Below are positions 22,585 through 36,244 of a DNA stretch of 64,000 nt, one piece after another (position 1 is the first letter of the stretch; each line of letters opens with the position of its first letter). Under the pieces are notes generated by a model. That model saw only the letters and a list, made by a program, of their open reading frames with translations, searched no databases and was not told where the DNA came from. The stretch is from Camelus ferus (taxonomy: Eukaryota), in the NCBI RefSeq assembly GCF_009834535.1, contig NC_045697.1:69380001-69444000 (forward strand). The letters run 5' to 3'. Position numbers and translations under genes: made by a program.

Positions 22585-23785
22585 ATGGATCTACGCTTCA
22601 TGGGGCCTTAAGTTTATTTAATCTTCTCTAAAAGTATCAGGGCAGGGGAGGGTATAACTCAGTGGTAGAATGCATGTTTAGCATACACGAGGTCCTGGGT
22701 TCAATCCCCAGTACCTCCATTAAATAAATAAATAAACCTAATTACCCCCCACATAAAAGTGTAAAATTATAAATACAAAATTAGGTACAGAAGTAAATAT
22801 TTACTTGGAATAAAAGGAAATTAAAACAAACTACAAACATTAGAAAGATGATGAACACTATCTATCCCCCTAAATCAAAAAATATATAACATTCTTGTTT
22901 TTTAATTATTTCGTATCCTTTTATAATGCTTTTTTCCTACATATTTTGGCTGCACATTTTTTGATCACCTCTCAATATGGCACCAAGTTTGCAGCATGGT
23001 TTTCAATAGAAGGAAAAGAAATTTATCTTCCTCTGGCGTGGTTGGTCAAAATTCCTGTTTCATTATTGATAAACAGGACGCATAAAACACGCAGCTTCAC
23101 ACACAGATGTACTTGCTGTTACAGGATTGTGAACCAGTAAGACAGGAATTCTAATAAAATCTATTTTAGATTATTTCCATAAAAATGTATTTGGAGTTTA
23201 TATACAATGTATTATTAAGTATATTCCTGACAGGAGAGAATTTCTGCCTTGATGAGGCATTGATGATAACTGAATCCTCTGCTTATAATTTTACACATCT
23301 GATGGTTGGAGGAAATTTCCACAGAATTACTTCTGGTTCTAATCACTGCAAACCTTGTTTCTCTCTACTCCCCACATGCTTCCAGTGCAAGGTACTGCAG
23401 GACACATTCTTATCCCGACATGACCTCTGACCCTGGTCCTTCAAGTCACAACACCTGGTGAGTTGTCCCAAGTCAGCCAGGAGTAGCTTAACTATATGAA
23501 GGAGTGATTGGGACCCTCATAAACATATCCCACTAAAGCAAAACTTACTGTGCCAACTCAACTTCCCCCTAATCAGACCTCCAAAATGCTCATGTCTCGG
23601 AAGCACCACCTGACTGCAGTGTGATAAATAAAAGTATTTTACTTTTGCCAAGTTTACAAAAATCTGTAACTGTGTGAATGTGTCAGAATCCTTCCCAGGA
23701 CCTTAGAAGGAGCCCACACATAAGAGGATCCCTTCATGAGAGGGACCTTGAAGCTTACATTTCTTTCTTTTCTCAGTAAACCTAA
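22585..23785. mobile_element. hAT-Tip100 DNA transposon remnant (Zaphod/MER115-like), interrupted by a SINE
   Basis: Start ggatctacgcttcatggggccttaag...aaatacaaaattaggtacagaagtaaatatttac...ttttttcctacatattttggctgca and end gggaccttgaagctta...cagtaaacct resemble Zaphod-family termini as I recall them. Confidence 0.6.
22645..22752 (+). mobile_element. Camelid tRNA-derived SINE (Vic-1-like)
   Basis: ggggagggtataactcagtggtagaatgcatg...gaggtcctgggttcaatccccagtacctccattaaataaataaataaacctaattacc. Confidence 0.9.
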
Positions 23786-24737
23786 CTTTCAGGATGCCAA
23801 ATGAATGATCAAAAGCTTCATTACAGGTGTAGTCTTTATATATTTGGTTTTTGATCATTTATACTTTGGCAGTAAGGAATAAAGTTTAGACAACCCTTTG
23901 GGGCAATGGTTGGCTGTGATGAAATGGAAAGAGGGAGTAAATGAGAGGAATCATTAGAAGAGTTGGGACGTGGTAGTGAAGATGGAAATAATAAGCTACA
24001 AGTACAAAATACAAGCATTTTCTCTGCCCTGTGTGTCTAACATAAAGGATAGAAGATGATCCTCAAAGACAAGATAATGTCTACCTGATTTATTTAACTG
24101 AGGGAAGTCAGAGAACTTGGTTTTCTTCAATCCAGAAAGGTCTGTGAGATAAGAACCTACCCACTAAAAGTTAATTTGAGCTGTTACTTTGTACCTGATT
24201 TTCCTGTAGGCCTCAGCCCAAAGGATTTTCTTAACATATTTATAAATGGAAAGTACACAAGGTTTGTTTTTAGTATTGATGATAATAAATTGGAAAATGT
24301 CTGAGTCTGTATTTGTCATAGTGATAATAATGATTATGCTAGTTTGTAAGCTTACTAAATTCTGTGTGGTTTTGTATTCTTTGGTTCAACTGAAGCCATT
24401 GGTGTTAAGGTAAGAGCAGCCCCTTATTTACTGGGTAGATTTCTTTATAAAAATAGGAGCAACCTTCTGGTTAATAATTAAATTACTCTCTTAGATCTTC
24501 AGATAGAGGAAAGGCAAATAAATAAATTTCAAAGGCATTAACAAGTGATCTATTTTTAGTGAGTATGAAAACAAAGAAACAATCTAATAAATCAAAAAAA
24601 GTAACAAGGACTTTAACAGGTATTGACTTTAGTCTGAGAAGCTAGAGATTACATGAGTGTTCTTCCTCATCTAGGAGTATGCCACTGCTGGAGCCATAGG
24701 GTGGAGGGATATGCTGAGAAAGACACCAGATTATCAG

Positions 24738-26440
24738 ATAGATCCTGTTCTTGGACTGGAAGAATAAATTTTGTTAAAATGGCCATACTACCCAAAGCAA
24801 CCTACAGATTTAATGTGACTCTGTCCCTGTCAAATTATCCAGGAGATTTTCACAGACTTAAAACAAATAATCCTAAAGTGTATACGGACTCACAAAAGAC
24901 CTAGAATTGCCAAAGCAATACTGAAGAAAAAGAACAAAGAACATAACCTCCAGACTTCAGACAATACTACAAAGCAACAGTAATCAAAATATTATGTTAT
25001 TGACGCAAAAACAGACATATGGATCAATGGAACAGAATAGAGAGCCCAGAAATAAACCTACACACCTACAGTCAATTAATCTTCGACAAAGGAAGTGAGA
25101 ATATACAAGGGAGAAAAGACAGTCTCCTCAGCAAGTGGTGTTGAGAAAGCTGGACAGCCACATGTCAATTAATGAAGTTAGAACACTCCCTCACACCATA
25201 CACAAAAATAAACTCAAAATGGCTTAAAGACTTAAATATAAAACAGGACACCATAAAATTCCTAGAAAAGAACATGGGCAAAATATTCTCTGATGTAAAG
25301 CAGAGTAAACATTTTCATAGATCAGTCTCCCAAGGCAAAAGAAATAAAAGCAAAAACAAATGGGACCTAATCAAACTTTTAAGCTTTTGCACAGCAAAGG
25401 AAATCATAAACAAAATGGAAATAAAATCTATTGAATGAGAGAAAATATTCGCAAATAATATGACTTATCAGGGGCTTAATTTCCAAAATATACAGACAGC
25501 TCATACAACTCAATATCAAAAAAACAAACAACCCAATCAAAAAATGGGCAGAAGATCTAAATAGACATTTCTCCAAAGAAGACATCCAGGTGGCCAACAG
25601 GCACATGAAAAGATCCTGAACATCACTAATTATTAGAGAAATGCAAATCAATGAGATATCACCTCACACCAGTCAGAACGGCCATCATGAAAAAGTCTAC
25701 AAATAATAAATGCTAGAAAGGGTGTGGAGAAAAGGGAACCCTCCTACACTGCTGATGGGAATGTAGTTTGGTGCAGCCTCTATGGAGAACAGTATGGAAG
25801 TTCCTTAAAAAAACTAAAAATAGAGTTACCATATGTCTAGCAATCCCACTCCTGGGCATATATTCAGAAAAGACAAAAACTCTAATTCAAAAAGATACCT
25901 TCACAGCAACATTTATAATAGCACTATTCACAATAACCAAGACATGGAAGCAACCTATCCACTGACAGATGACTGGATTAAAAAAAGGTGTAGTATATAT
26001 AAACATGACTGAATACTACTCAGCCATAAAAAATAATGAAATAATGCCATTTGCAGCAACATAGATGGACCTAGAGATTATCATACTAAGTAAAGTAAGT
26101 CAGACAGAGAAAGACAAATATTATATGTATCACTTATATGTGGAATCTAAAAATATAATATGAATGAACTTATTTACAAAATAGAAACAGACTTGCAGAC
26201 ATAGAAAACAATCTTATGGTTACCAAAGAGGGAAGGGGAGTGGGAAGGATAAATTAGGAGTATGGGATTAGCAGATACAAACCACTGTGTATAAAACAGA
26301 TGAACAACAAGGACTTACTATATAGCACAGGGAACTATATTCAATATCCTGTATTAACGTTTAATGGAAAAGAATCTTAAGTCAAAACTAACAAAGAATT
26401 GTAAATCAACTATAGTTAAATTCAAAAAACAAAAATAAAA
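24738..26440 (+). mobile_element. 5'-truncated cetartiodactyl L1: ORF2 C-terminal part (disrupted) plus 3' UTR
   Basis: ORF-track peptides CSWTGRINFVKMAILPKATYRFN, MKLEHSLTPYTKINSKWLKDLN and [14 protein letters not shown] are L1 ORF2p. Several stops and frameshifts; 3' UTR and A-rich tail present. Confidence 0.95.
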
Positions 26441-26442
26441 TT

Positions 26443-26570
26443 GGGGTGGGTATAGCACAGTGGTGGAGCACATGCTTAGCATGCATGAAGTCCTGGGTTC
26501 AATCCCCGGTACCTTCATTAAAAAATAAAATAAAGTAATTTAAAAAGTAAAAAAAAATCTAAAAATTTAA
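26443..26570 (+). mobile_element. Camelid tRNA-derived SINE inserted in the L1 A-tail
   Basis: ggggtgggtatagcacagtggtggagcacatgcttagcatgcatgaagtcctgggttcaatcccc. Confidence 0.88.
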
Positions 26571-26599
26571 AAGAGGTCAGATTTTCTAACTGCCTTGAT

Positions 26600-27085
26600 T
26601 TGTTCTCTCCTTCTCATGCTTTTGAAACAAATTACCGTTAATTTGGTGGCCTTAAACAGCACAAACATATTATCTTACAGTTCTGTAGGTTAAAAGACCA
26701 ACATGGGCTCATGAGCTAAAAAATCAAGGTGTCGGCAGGACTGTGTTCCTTTCTAGAGGTTTAGGGAAGAATTCATTTTCTTGCCTTTGCCAGATTCTAG
26801 GGGGTGCCCACATTTTTCCTTGGCTCATGTCCCCTTTTCTCCATCTTCAAGGCCAGCAATGTAGCATTTCTTCCATCAGCACGTCTCTTTCTGATCTCAG
26901 CTGGCAAAGGTTCTCCACTTTTCAGGGCCCACCTGGATGACCCAGGATACTCTCCCAGCTCAAAGTCCTTAACTCTATCACATGTGCAGAGTCCCTTTTG
27001 CCATGTAAGGTAACATACATATTCACAAGTTGTGGGGATTAAAATGTGGACATCTTTGGGGGGGGTCTTTATTCTGCCAACCACA
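26600..27085 (-). mobile_element. MaLR solo LTR (MLT1D-like)
   Basis: aacaaattacc...ttatcttacagttctg...atcaaggtgtcggcagg...gtcccttttgccatgtaaggtaacata...tattctgccaaccaca. Confidence 0.85.
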
Positions 27086-27288
27086 TTTCCCTAGCCTAGA
27101 ATGTAGAGTTGGAAGCTAGGGAGGTAGGTTCAGCAGCCTTCCCACTCTTCTGCAAGGGACATTTCATGGAATATCTCCATTCTTAATCCATCAAAGGGAG
27201 AGGTTTTCCAACATGGTGGTGTAAGAATGAGGTAGATGGGAATGGCTTTTCTCTTTTAAAATTAATAATAATAATTACTATTATTATA

Positions 27289-27758
27289 TAGGAATATCTC
27301 GTAGATATCGCAGGTTCAGTTCCAGACCACCACAATAAAGCAAATATTACTTAAAAGTGGGTCACATAAATTTTTTGGTTGCCCAGTGCACTTAAAATTA
27401 TGTTTATGCTATACTGTAGCTTAAGTGTGTGACAGCATTATGTCTAAAAAATGTACATACCTTAATTAAAAAATACTTTATTGGTAAAAAATTCTAATCA
27501 TCATCTGAGATTTCAGTGAGTCATAGTAGTAACATAAAAGATCATTAATCATAGATCATCATAATAAATAATAATAATAAAGTATGAAATATTGCAAGAA
27601 TTACCAAAATGTGACAGAGACATGAAGTGAACAAATGCTGTTGGAAAAATGGTGCTAATAGACTTGTTTGACATAAGGATGCCACAAACCTTCAATTTGT
27701 AAAAAATGCATTATCGATGAAGCTCAATAAAACAAACTGCAAGAAAACAAACAACCTG
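27289..27758. mobile_element. Tigger1-derived non-autonomous TcMar element (internal deletion derivative)
   Basis: Both Tigger1 ends (aggaatatctcgtagatatcgcaggttcagttccagaccaccacaataaagc ... caataaaacaaactgcaagaaaac...cctg) with TA dinucleotide flanks and no transposase. Confidence 0.85.
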
Positions 27759-28509
27759 TAGTGATAATAATAATAACAATAATAAAAAGACATTGGTGAG
27801 ATCTCGCCTCTTAGGAAGAACTCTAGGGTTGTATCTTATATGAGTTGAATGGCTATCAAGCCTGCACATGAGACCAAGAGACAAAATAATTCTACTTTGT
27901 TATTATTTGTCTTGGCTGATTATATAAGAAAAACAAAGGGCATCAAAGTCCATTTCCAGGCTCCCGGGTGGTCCATTTCCCTTCATTGCTCCTTTGTCAT
28001 TTCGTGCTTTCCTGATTTTGCCCAAATATTTACAGTTCGGGTGGGACCACTGCTTATCAGTCATTCAGAATTCTTTTCACCTGTATGCTGTTATTCAGCT
28101 TGTAAGTAAACTCCAGTCTAACAAAGTTCCTTTGAACTTTACATATCAAAGAAAAATCACTTCTTTTAGACTAACATCTAAAGCAGCTCGGCAGGCGTGG
28201 AGACGGAGATGTCACAGCTGCAACTCAGAGACCCAGCTGGGATTTTCTGGAAGACTGTCACCTATTGACTAGACATCTTTGATTTGGGGAAATGATTGTT
28301 TCTTATATAGAGGTTAGCCTCTGCTAAGTAATCCTTTCCTTTTATGCTTTGCCATTTAAACTGTTTACAATCAAGATGCTAACCTCTAACTTGTTCTTCC
28401 TTTAAATTGTTTTGTTAATTGTTACCCACAGATACTATCCCAGAGTCAAGGCAGTTCTTTGTACACTACAATCATGACTGAACAGATGAATGAATGGACA
28501 AAGGAGCCA

Positions 28510-28720
28510 ATGTTGTGCAGTGGATAAGCCCAGGTCTGTCAAGTCTGTGACATCTCTATGGCCTTGGGCAGATTAAATTCTTTGGGCCTGTTCCTCATCT
28601 AGAAAGTGTGGAGACTCTCACCCACCTTGTACATTTGTTTAAGAATTTGAGATAATATATGCAAAAGCCCTTAAATACAGAAACTGGCAGTATATCTCTC
28701 TCAATAGGAATCATTACCCA
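28510..28720 (+). mobile_element. MIR SINE (degraded)
   Basis: gtgcagtggataag...ggccttgggcagatt...tttgggcctgttcctcatctagaaagtg...gagataatatatgcaaaagccct. Confidence 0.6.
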
Positions 28721-29764
28721 GTGTTTTGTTCTTTGGGGATTACAGAGCTAACCCTCAATAATCCACATGTGGGTTATTCTCTTTGCAAATTAGCTCCAGC
28801 AAAATTTTGAAAGTAAGGAGATTTTCCCATGAACTCCTCGTTTACTCTTGGCTGACTTCCCACCACCAATCTTGTATGTTTATAGAATGCATACAATTTA
28901 ATATTAAGATACGTATTACATGAGCAGAAAGGTAAATCTCCGGCCACAAATGGGATACATTAAAAAATCAAACATTTATGACTTTTGGATCCTCTAACTT
29001 GCAGTTACTTGCCAAGATTGCTGAACAAGCCAGATGTAAAAATTTTAATTTCATTATATTAAATGAGGGGATGGGATAGTATGGCCAAATAATTGTGTGG
29101 TTTTGTAAATTTTTGATTTTTTTTTTTTACTTAAAACCCTTAGATCATGTCTATGTATCAACACCAATATTAATTTTCACCAGTTTTTCTGACATCTAAA
29201 ATGTTTGCTGTCACTGACTCGTTTGGGATCATCAGATCAGTCACGTCTGACCTCAGTCCCATCTCGGGTCCCTGGAGAGGGGGACTAATCATCGTGGCTG
29301 ACTGATGAGTTATCAACCATTCCATGGAGCTGATTCCCATAGATAAATGGAGGAGGAACAATGTTAAAGTCATGGGAAAAAGGCTGAAATGTAAACATGT
29401 GGGGATGGTTAATAGCAGTGCTGAAATTTGAAAATGAGGGTCTCAGGTTGTAGTACAGAAGGGAAGGCATCGCAATTCCAAACCAAATTAAAAATATTAC
29501 ACTTCAAATACATTATCAGTGACTGATGGATAAAGGTTTAAAACAAAGGGGGAAAAATGACACCTAAGTATTCCTGGTGTTTGTGGGGGAAGAATTAAAA
29601 AAATGAATAGAAGGAAAAGAAGGCAAATGCCAAAGACCTTCACGGGGAAGAGCAGGGCCGTGCTCCCGCCCCATGAGCCAAAGCCCACATCTCCCAGGTT
29701 GGCCAGCTCCAACACCTGGTGAGGAAGAACTGGGTGCCTGCCATGTGTTCTGTTTTCTTTTCTT

Positions 29765-30530
29765 TCTTTCTTTTTTTAACAGCTTTATTGAGATAAAATT
29801 CACACACCATAATAGTCACCTATCTAAAGTATACAATTCAATGATTTTCAGTATATTCATAGAAATGTGCAACCATCACCACAGTCAATTTTATTACTTT
29901 ATTATTATTATTTTTTGTGGGGGAAGGTAATAAGGTTTACTTACTTATTCTTAGAGGAAGTACTGGGGATTGAACCCAGGACCTCATGCATGCTAAGCAT
30001 GCACTCTACCACTTGAGCTTTACCTTCTCCACACACCACAGTCAATTTTAGAATATTTTCATCACCCCCAAAAGAAACTTTGTGCCCTTTAACTATGACC
30101 CCCCTGCATCCTCCTATTCCTCCGCCCAGCACAAATCTTATTTTCTATCTCTATAGATTTGCCTATTCTATGTATTTCATATAAATGGATTATATAATAT
30201 GTTGTTTTGTGTCTGGCTTATTTCATAGCAGTGTTTCCAAGGTTCATCCATGCTGTAGCATGTATCTGTACTTTGTTCCTTTTTATGGCCAAGTAATACT
30301 CCACTGTATGGATATACCACACTTGTATATCCAAATGTCAACTGATTGGCATTTTGGTTGTTTCTACCTTTTGGCTACTATGATTGTTATGAATAAACAT
30401 TCATGTGTAAGTTTTTGTGTGGACTTATGTTTTTATTTCTCTGGTTATACACCTAGGAGCAGAATCACTAGGTCATATGTTAACTTGATGTGTAGCCATT
30501 TGAGGAAGTGCCAGGTTGTTTTCCACATAT
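29765..30530 (-). mobile_element. Old L1 (L1MB/L1MC-like) 3' end, interrupted by a SINE
   Basis: ttttaacagctttattgagataaaattcacac...gtgcaaccatcacc...aaggttcatccatgctgtagcatgtatc...tacctaggag-like blocks. Confidence 0.85.
29894..30033 (-). mobile_element. Camelid tRNA-derived SINE (Vic-1-like)
   Basis: Reverse head tactggggattgaacccaggacctcatgcatgctaagcatgcactctaccacttgagct; perfect 17-bp TSD CACCACAGTCAATTTTA (29877-29893 / 30034-30050). Confidence 0.92.
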
Positions 30531-31987
30531 TGACCACAACCTTGCCTGCCATATACTCTCATTATTTGGCTTTAAATAGCTTATGTGACAAAAGAAGTGA
30601 GATGAGAACACAAGATTTACACTTTGGGCCAAAGAGCCCACTATTACTATGTTCTAAGAAATGCTTATTTTCTTCTACTTTATGGCTCTACTACAACTGT
30701 AAGCTGACTTTTTTTCAGCGTGTACTATAATAATTTGGAAAGTGAAAGGGGAATCCAAACCTGGATTGGAACTGTGTGAAAAATAATTCTTATATTATCA
30801 CTTCAGTAATAAACAGCCCAAAGTCGGCTCCCAGCCCACCACCTTGAACTAGTGAACTGCTAGACATTTTTGGTTCTCTGAGTGCCTTCCTCAAGTCACT
30901 GGGGTGAAGCTCCCGCAGCACCTCAACCTCCTCCGACACAACATGCAACAGAGTGTATTTTCATTATGAGATTAATGTCTGTTTTGTCCTCTGGTCTGTA
31001 AAGCAATGTGCTAAAGTGACCTTGGCTGTCTTTCCCACAACCCCCTCAGCGTCCAGCACCTGGGTTGGTATTTGTTGAATAACGAAGGAAGGAGGGTTTT
31101 ATACTAAAGTGGTTCTGCTTACTAAACTCTTCTGGGAGTATGTACAAATTAAGCTTTACCGAAGTGTTTGCTTTGTTTAAATACAAAAAGCCCAAGCAGC
31201 ATCTTAGCTTTTTGACACGCTCCAAAAGCAGGCTTATTTTACCAGCAAATTGCTCCCTGAGTCAGCTAATGCTAAGGTATGTTCAATACTTGTCTAAAAA
31301 CTATCCTAATCTTCCCTAACAGAGGCCAGAGTGTGGCTGAAACAGCTCTTCTGACATTTGGGAAGCTCTGATTCTGTCAGTCATTTTCTGTTCTTTATCA
31401 TGTTTCTTTTTCCAAAGGAAAAAGCTGTTTTCCTGTGTGTGAGAACATTCTCTCCTATCTAATAATGCTCAATTGTCTTTCTGTTCCATTAGTGTGCAGG
31501 AAATCACCTGTCCAATTGAGATCAGAGCTGTGGATGTCCAAGTGTCTCATTTTATATAGATGTGCAGCCCTCAGATCAGGGATCAAATGCTTGCCTTTAA
31601 TGAAAACAAGTCATTTTTGTCACTATGACTGTAGAATTTATATGAATACAGTTATCCGGATCAAATGACTGGCATTTGTACTTCTCAAGCTCTCACCATT
31701 TTAACAATGACTTGGTTTTCCAAATAAAAGGACGGGGGAAACCTCTGCTCCTTCCCTTCCAATCCTGCTCCTTCTACTGTGGTCTCTATGATGGTGGTTT
31801 CAGAACAGTGTCCCATGGGTCATGCTTGAGAGAGATGTTCTATCTGACCAATAGCATTAAAAATTTTTTTTGGATGAAAGGCCAGTATTTAAAAATGGAA
31901 AGATTTCACACAAAATTTTGACTTTTCAACTCTTCTTGAAACATCAAACACTAGCAACACTGCATAATGTTCCCAGAAGGCAAATAA

Positions 31988-32483
31988 TGTAGTGCAGCCT
32001 CTAAGATGGTCCCCAGTGACCCCACTTCCTGGTGTGCATGCCCCTGTGAAACCTCTTCCCCTCAAGTGTGGGCTGAACCTAGCGGCTCACTTCTAATGAA
32101 CAGAACACAGCAACAGTGGTAGGCCAGCTCTCCTGAGATTAGGTGACAGAAAACTAACTTCCATCTTGTTTTTTCTCTTTCTTCTTTGCTTGCTCTGTAG
32201 GGAGGCTGTTGTGAGCGGCCCTAAGGAGATACCCACGTGGCAAGGAACTGATGCCTGCGGCCAACAGCCACATCATCAGTTTGGAAGTGTGTCCTCCCCC
32301 AGACACAGCTGACACATTAACTATTGTCTCATGAGAGAACCTGGGCCAGAGGACCCAGCAAAACCATGCCTGGATTCCTGGCCCATAATGTATATGTATA
32401 TAGACTGAGAAAATATATATACTTGCTGTCCTCAGTTGGTAAGTTTTGGGGTAATTTGTTATGCAGAAACAGAGAACTCATTC
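31988..32483 (+). mobile_element. MaLR solo LTR (MLT1F-like)
   Basis: tgtagtgcagcctctaagatggtccccagtgacccc...ccacgtggcaaggaactga...taagttttggggtaatttgttatgcag. Confidence 0.8.
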
Positions 32484-32714
32484 AGTAAGCATGGCTATGC
32501 CCTTCAGAAGGTGTACCTTCTCTCTGGTTTGTGCCTGTCCAGCCCTCCCCAGGGTCACGAAGACCCTGCCCTGCACTGTGGAATAAGCTTCCAGGCACTG
32601 AGCCACCCCACGAGGCCCTGGAGTCGGCCCTCGGTCTTCCAGTCACCAGGTAGGATCTCCCTCTGGTTTCATTCCCTCTTCCTCACTCCGCCTTCCCTTA
32701 TTTTGTTCAGCCCC

Positions 32715-33300
32715 TCACGATGTCTTGCTTAGACAGTGGCAACAGTCTCCTAATGCTTCTCTCTGCTTCCTGTCTCACCATCAATTTATCTCTCCACACT
32801 GCTGCCAGAGTGCTCATTCTAAACTCTCTCCAGGATGAAATCCAAACATCGTGGCTTGGCTTCCAAGGCCCTGGATAACCAAGCCTGCCTCACACTCCAG
32901 CTGCATCTGTCCCACACCCTTCCTCACTCCAGTCCCCTGAAAATCCTCACTGGTCCTTAAACGTGCCACAATGAGTCACACCTCTGCGCCTTTGCCCGCA
33001 CTGATCCCTGGGCCTGAGATGGAGCGTCCTCCTCTGCCTTCCCTACTTGGCGACCACCACCTCCTCCATCACCACTACCTCCTCTGTGACACCATCATTA
33101 AATCACACCCCAGGGAATTCACTGCTTCTTCCCTGGTGCCCCTACAGCCCTCAGTTCATGCACCTGCCTCCTCACCTGTCATTCTTCTCTTACTGGGTAG
33201 TAAGCTCCTGGAGGGAGGGAGGGTGAGGCAGCCATCCCTGTATCTCCAATGTCCAACATGGTGTCCAGCACAAAGAAGGTCCTCAATTCACAACATTGTT
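32715..33300 (+). mobile_element. L2 fragment
   Basis: caacagtctcctaa...tctccacactgctgccagagtg...aggatgaaatccaaac...taagctcctggagggagg. Confidence 0.65.
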
Positions 33301-33564
33301 TCTACAAAACAACAATAACCAAAATGAGTCTATTGTTTTCTCTTAGTGGCACCCCTTTGACAGCCCTGCTATCAGACACCACCCAACCCTCCCTCTTCTC
33401 CTCAGCCTTCAGGTCTCAGCTCCAGTGGCACCCCCTCAGAGACCACTCTGACTTCCCTTTCAGTAAGACTCAACAGCATGATAATCACTTATGTGGCATT
33501 TGTGCATTCCGGACACTGTGGTTTTGTTTTTGGTTTGTTTTTGAAGGGGGAAGGGTGTACCTGT

Positions 33565-33670
33565 CTTTTATTTTTATTTTTATATTTTAATTCTTATTTT
33601 TCATTGACGTGTAGTCAATTTACAATGTTAGTTTCAGGTGTACAGTAAAGCAATTCAGTTATACACATCC
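33565..33670 (-). mobile_element. Short L1 3' tail
   Basis: T-rich tail followed by attgacgtgtagtcaatttacaatgttagtttcaggtgtacag...attcagttatac. Confidence 0.7.
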
Positions 33671-35394
33671 ATCCATCCAGGCACTGTTTTAAGTGATTTG
33701 CATATATATTAGCCCACAATTCAGTCAGGGTTATAGGAGTAGTTTGTAACCTCCTCTTGAAACAGAAGACAGCCAAGCTCCACCTCTGAGCACAAAGGCC
33801 CGGGGCCTGCTCCGACACTGGACATTAAGTGAGATCCAAGAATGACCCTCAGAGCAACTGCTCATAGTAAAAGAGTTGATGTCTAGGAAGCCCACCTATA
33901 GAGTTCCAGAAACTCCCCGCCATGAGCTCAAATTCTCACAATTCTTCAAGGAAATTGTCCTGAAAGAATCTGCGATCACGAGGGCATACTCTCTGAGGGC
34001 AGCGCTGCATCCCCGGCACCTGGGACAGCCCAGAACATCCAGGGTGCATGTTGGATAAACATCTGCCCGGTGAACTTTATGGATGAGGACACTGAGGCTC
34101 AACTGAGTCTGGTGACATTCCCGTCACCAAACAGCTGGCAAGTTGTGCAGTCGGGATTTCAACATAAGGCTGTCTGGAGCTAAGTCATGCTCTCCCCACT
34201 ACGCCACACTGAACTTCCTGTCCCCAGGAATTTCCCATCCCCAAGAAACTTCTCAGTCTTCTGTGGGTCTTGAGGGTTCAAAGGTGAGAGCCACCATACC
34301 CAGGGGCCACAATATGGCTCTTAGAAGTTGTACTTCTGTGGCTGGGGCTGGCTGTGCCTGTCAGAGAACCTCAGAAGTTCTTCTGTCTTAAAGCTGATTG
34401 GGGCCACAGATCTGTGGAAACCATTCTGGGAGGGGCTGGGGACTCCCCTCCCCCATTGTCCCTCTGGCCTGTCTTTTCCCTTCACTGTCGCTGCTTGCCA
34501 AAAAAAAAAGTCAGAAAGTCTCTTTTTGCATTCTCTCTTTTCCCTGAACATGCATGTCAGCAGGTTTCTCCTTTTCCTGAACGTTCATGAGCCACTGATG
34601 TCCCCTGTTAAATGCAGTGCTTTCAGGGCTGACTTTCAGGCTGGATTAAAAGATATACAATCCTGTACAAGCGTTAACGCGAGGTCGTGCGCTGCATTTT
34701 TAATGGCCCAGGGAGCTGCTGAAGTATGAAACGACATGTCTTTTACAAACGACTGACCTCATTTCACGCCATAAAAATGCTAGGCTCATTATTTATGTGG
34801 AGAATCTATCTCTTCATTATAAATCTTGGAAAGAAATTTCCATTTTCACCCGTTAATGTTACATGTTTTTGAGATTCTATTTCTGTTACTTGCCAAAAAA
34901 AAAAAAAAAAAATTAGAAACCAGAGAAAGTGTTCTGGACACCTTGGAAAAAAGATGAACTATTCTAACCAGTGACGGAACCGGTGCTATCAGATATGAGT
35001 TGATCATCCTCCTAGCTTAGTATGTCCTTTCTTGTTTGGGGGGTGTGTGTGTGAGCGTGTGTCTGTCTGTCTGTCTGTGTCTGTCTTCCTGTAAGGCTAG
35101 TAACAGGTACAAAAGCCCTACTAACATCTGAGTTGGTTAGCCACAGCTCTCAATTTACAAATTTAAAAACTGGCAGCCGCTACGTTAAAAAAATTTGTGC
35201 TTCCGTAAGAAACTGATCATGCTGGCCTTGCATGCTAGCAGATGGGGCAATTGGTCAGTGCATGGCACAATTTGAGGTTCATACTGAAAACAACTACCTA
35301 TGTTTTAGTGCTGTTAGGGTCAGATTGCTACCCGAGCCCACATGCCAGTAATCTTAGAGTTAAGAAGAAGGGTACAATCGAATGTAGAGCAGCT

Positions 35395-35585
35395 CAGACT
35401 GAAAAGACAGTATCCAGAAATGGAAATGGAATTTAGACTCTCAGCTCTGCCATTACTCGCTGTGTGTCCTTTGCCAAATCACTCACCCTCTCTGAACTTC
35501 ATTTGCCCCATCTCTAAAATAAGTTTAATGATACTCCACAGGGTTCTGGCAAGGGTAAAATGAGAGAATGTTCATGAAAGCACTG
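35395..35585 (+). mobile_element. MIR SINE
   Basis: tctcagctctgccattactcgctgtgtgtccttt...ctctctgaacttcatttgccccatctctaaaat. Confidence 0.7.
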
Positions 35586-35747
35586 AGGCCTCCTGCCTAG
35601 TCCCTGAACCCGGGGCGGCAAGCACAGCTAAGCGCTCCTGCATCTTCAACGGGTGATGGCGCAGTGCCCACAAAGCTCTGTCCCACACTTAGCTTGCCTT
35701 GTCTTTCTCTCAGCCTAGGGCATTTTGCGGTTTGTAGTTTCCTCTCG

Positions 35748-35802
35748 TTCTCAATTCTTATTCTCATTCTCAATATTCTCAATTCTCATTCTCAATATTC
35801 TT
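35748..35802 (+). repeat. Degenerate (ATTCTC)n simple repeat
   Basis: ttctcaattcttattctcattctcaatattctcaattctcattctcaatattctt. Confidence 0.75.
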
Positions 35803-36244
35803 AAGTGGTCAGGTGATGGTAGAAAATGAACAGACACCACTGAAGAGTGGAAGCATGCGGAGGAAGAGTGAAATGCCACGCACGTTGTCTTTGCCAATCA
35901 CCACGCTTTGCGCACTTTGGTATCCTAAGGTGGCCCCCAACCTGCTGTGCGGTTTGGGGAGCCTTGAATCTTCACCTCTCAGCACCCTGTAATGAGCTTC
36001 TCAACAGAGAGCCACGGCCTCAGCCCCCATCCCAAGCTAGAGTGTGTGAAATCATAGGAGCGTGGAAATGGAATGGCATGGAGGTTAAATGCCCTGGAGC
36101 CAGACTGCGCATGTGCGAACCCCGCCCTGCACTTGTCAGCCATGGGACTGCGGGCCTTGCCAAGTGTCCTGATGTCTCAGCTGTCTCATATGTGAAACAG
36201 GGATATGGTTAATACTTCTCTGTTAAGCAATTAGTGTTAATATT

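Noticed and set aside
24653..25965. ORFs with L1 ORF2p peptides as a possible active retrotransposon
   Set aside because: 5'-truncated, lacks the endonuclease and RT core, and has multiple stops and frameshifts.
30185..30730. 181-aa Cys/His-rich ORF
   Set aside because: Mostly the antisense reading of an old L1 3' region; not a zinc-finger pattern.
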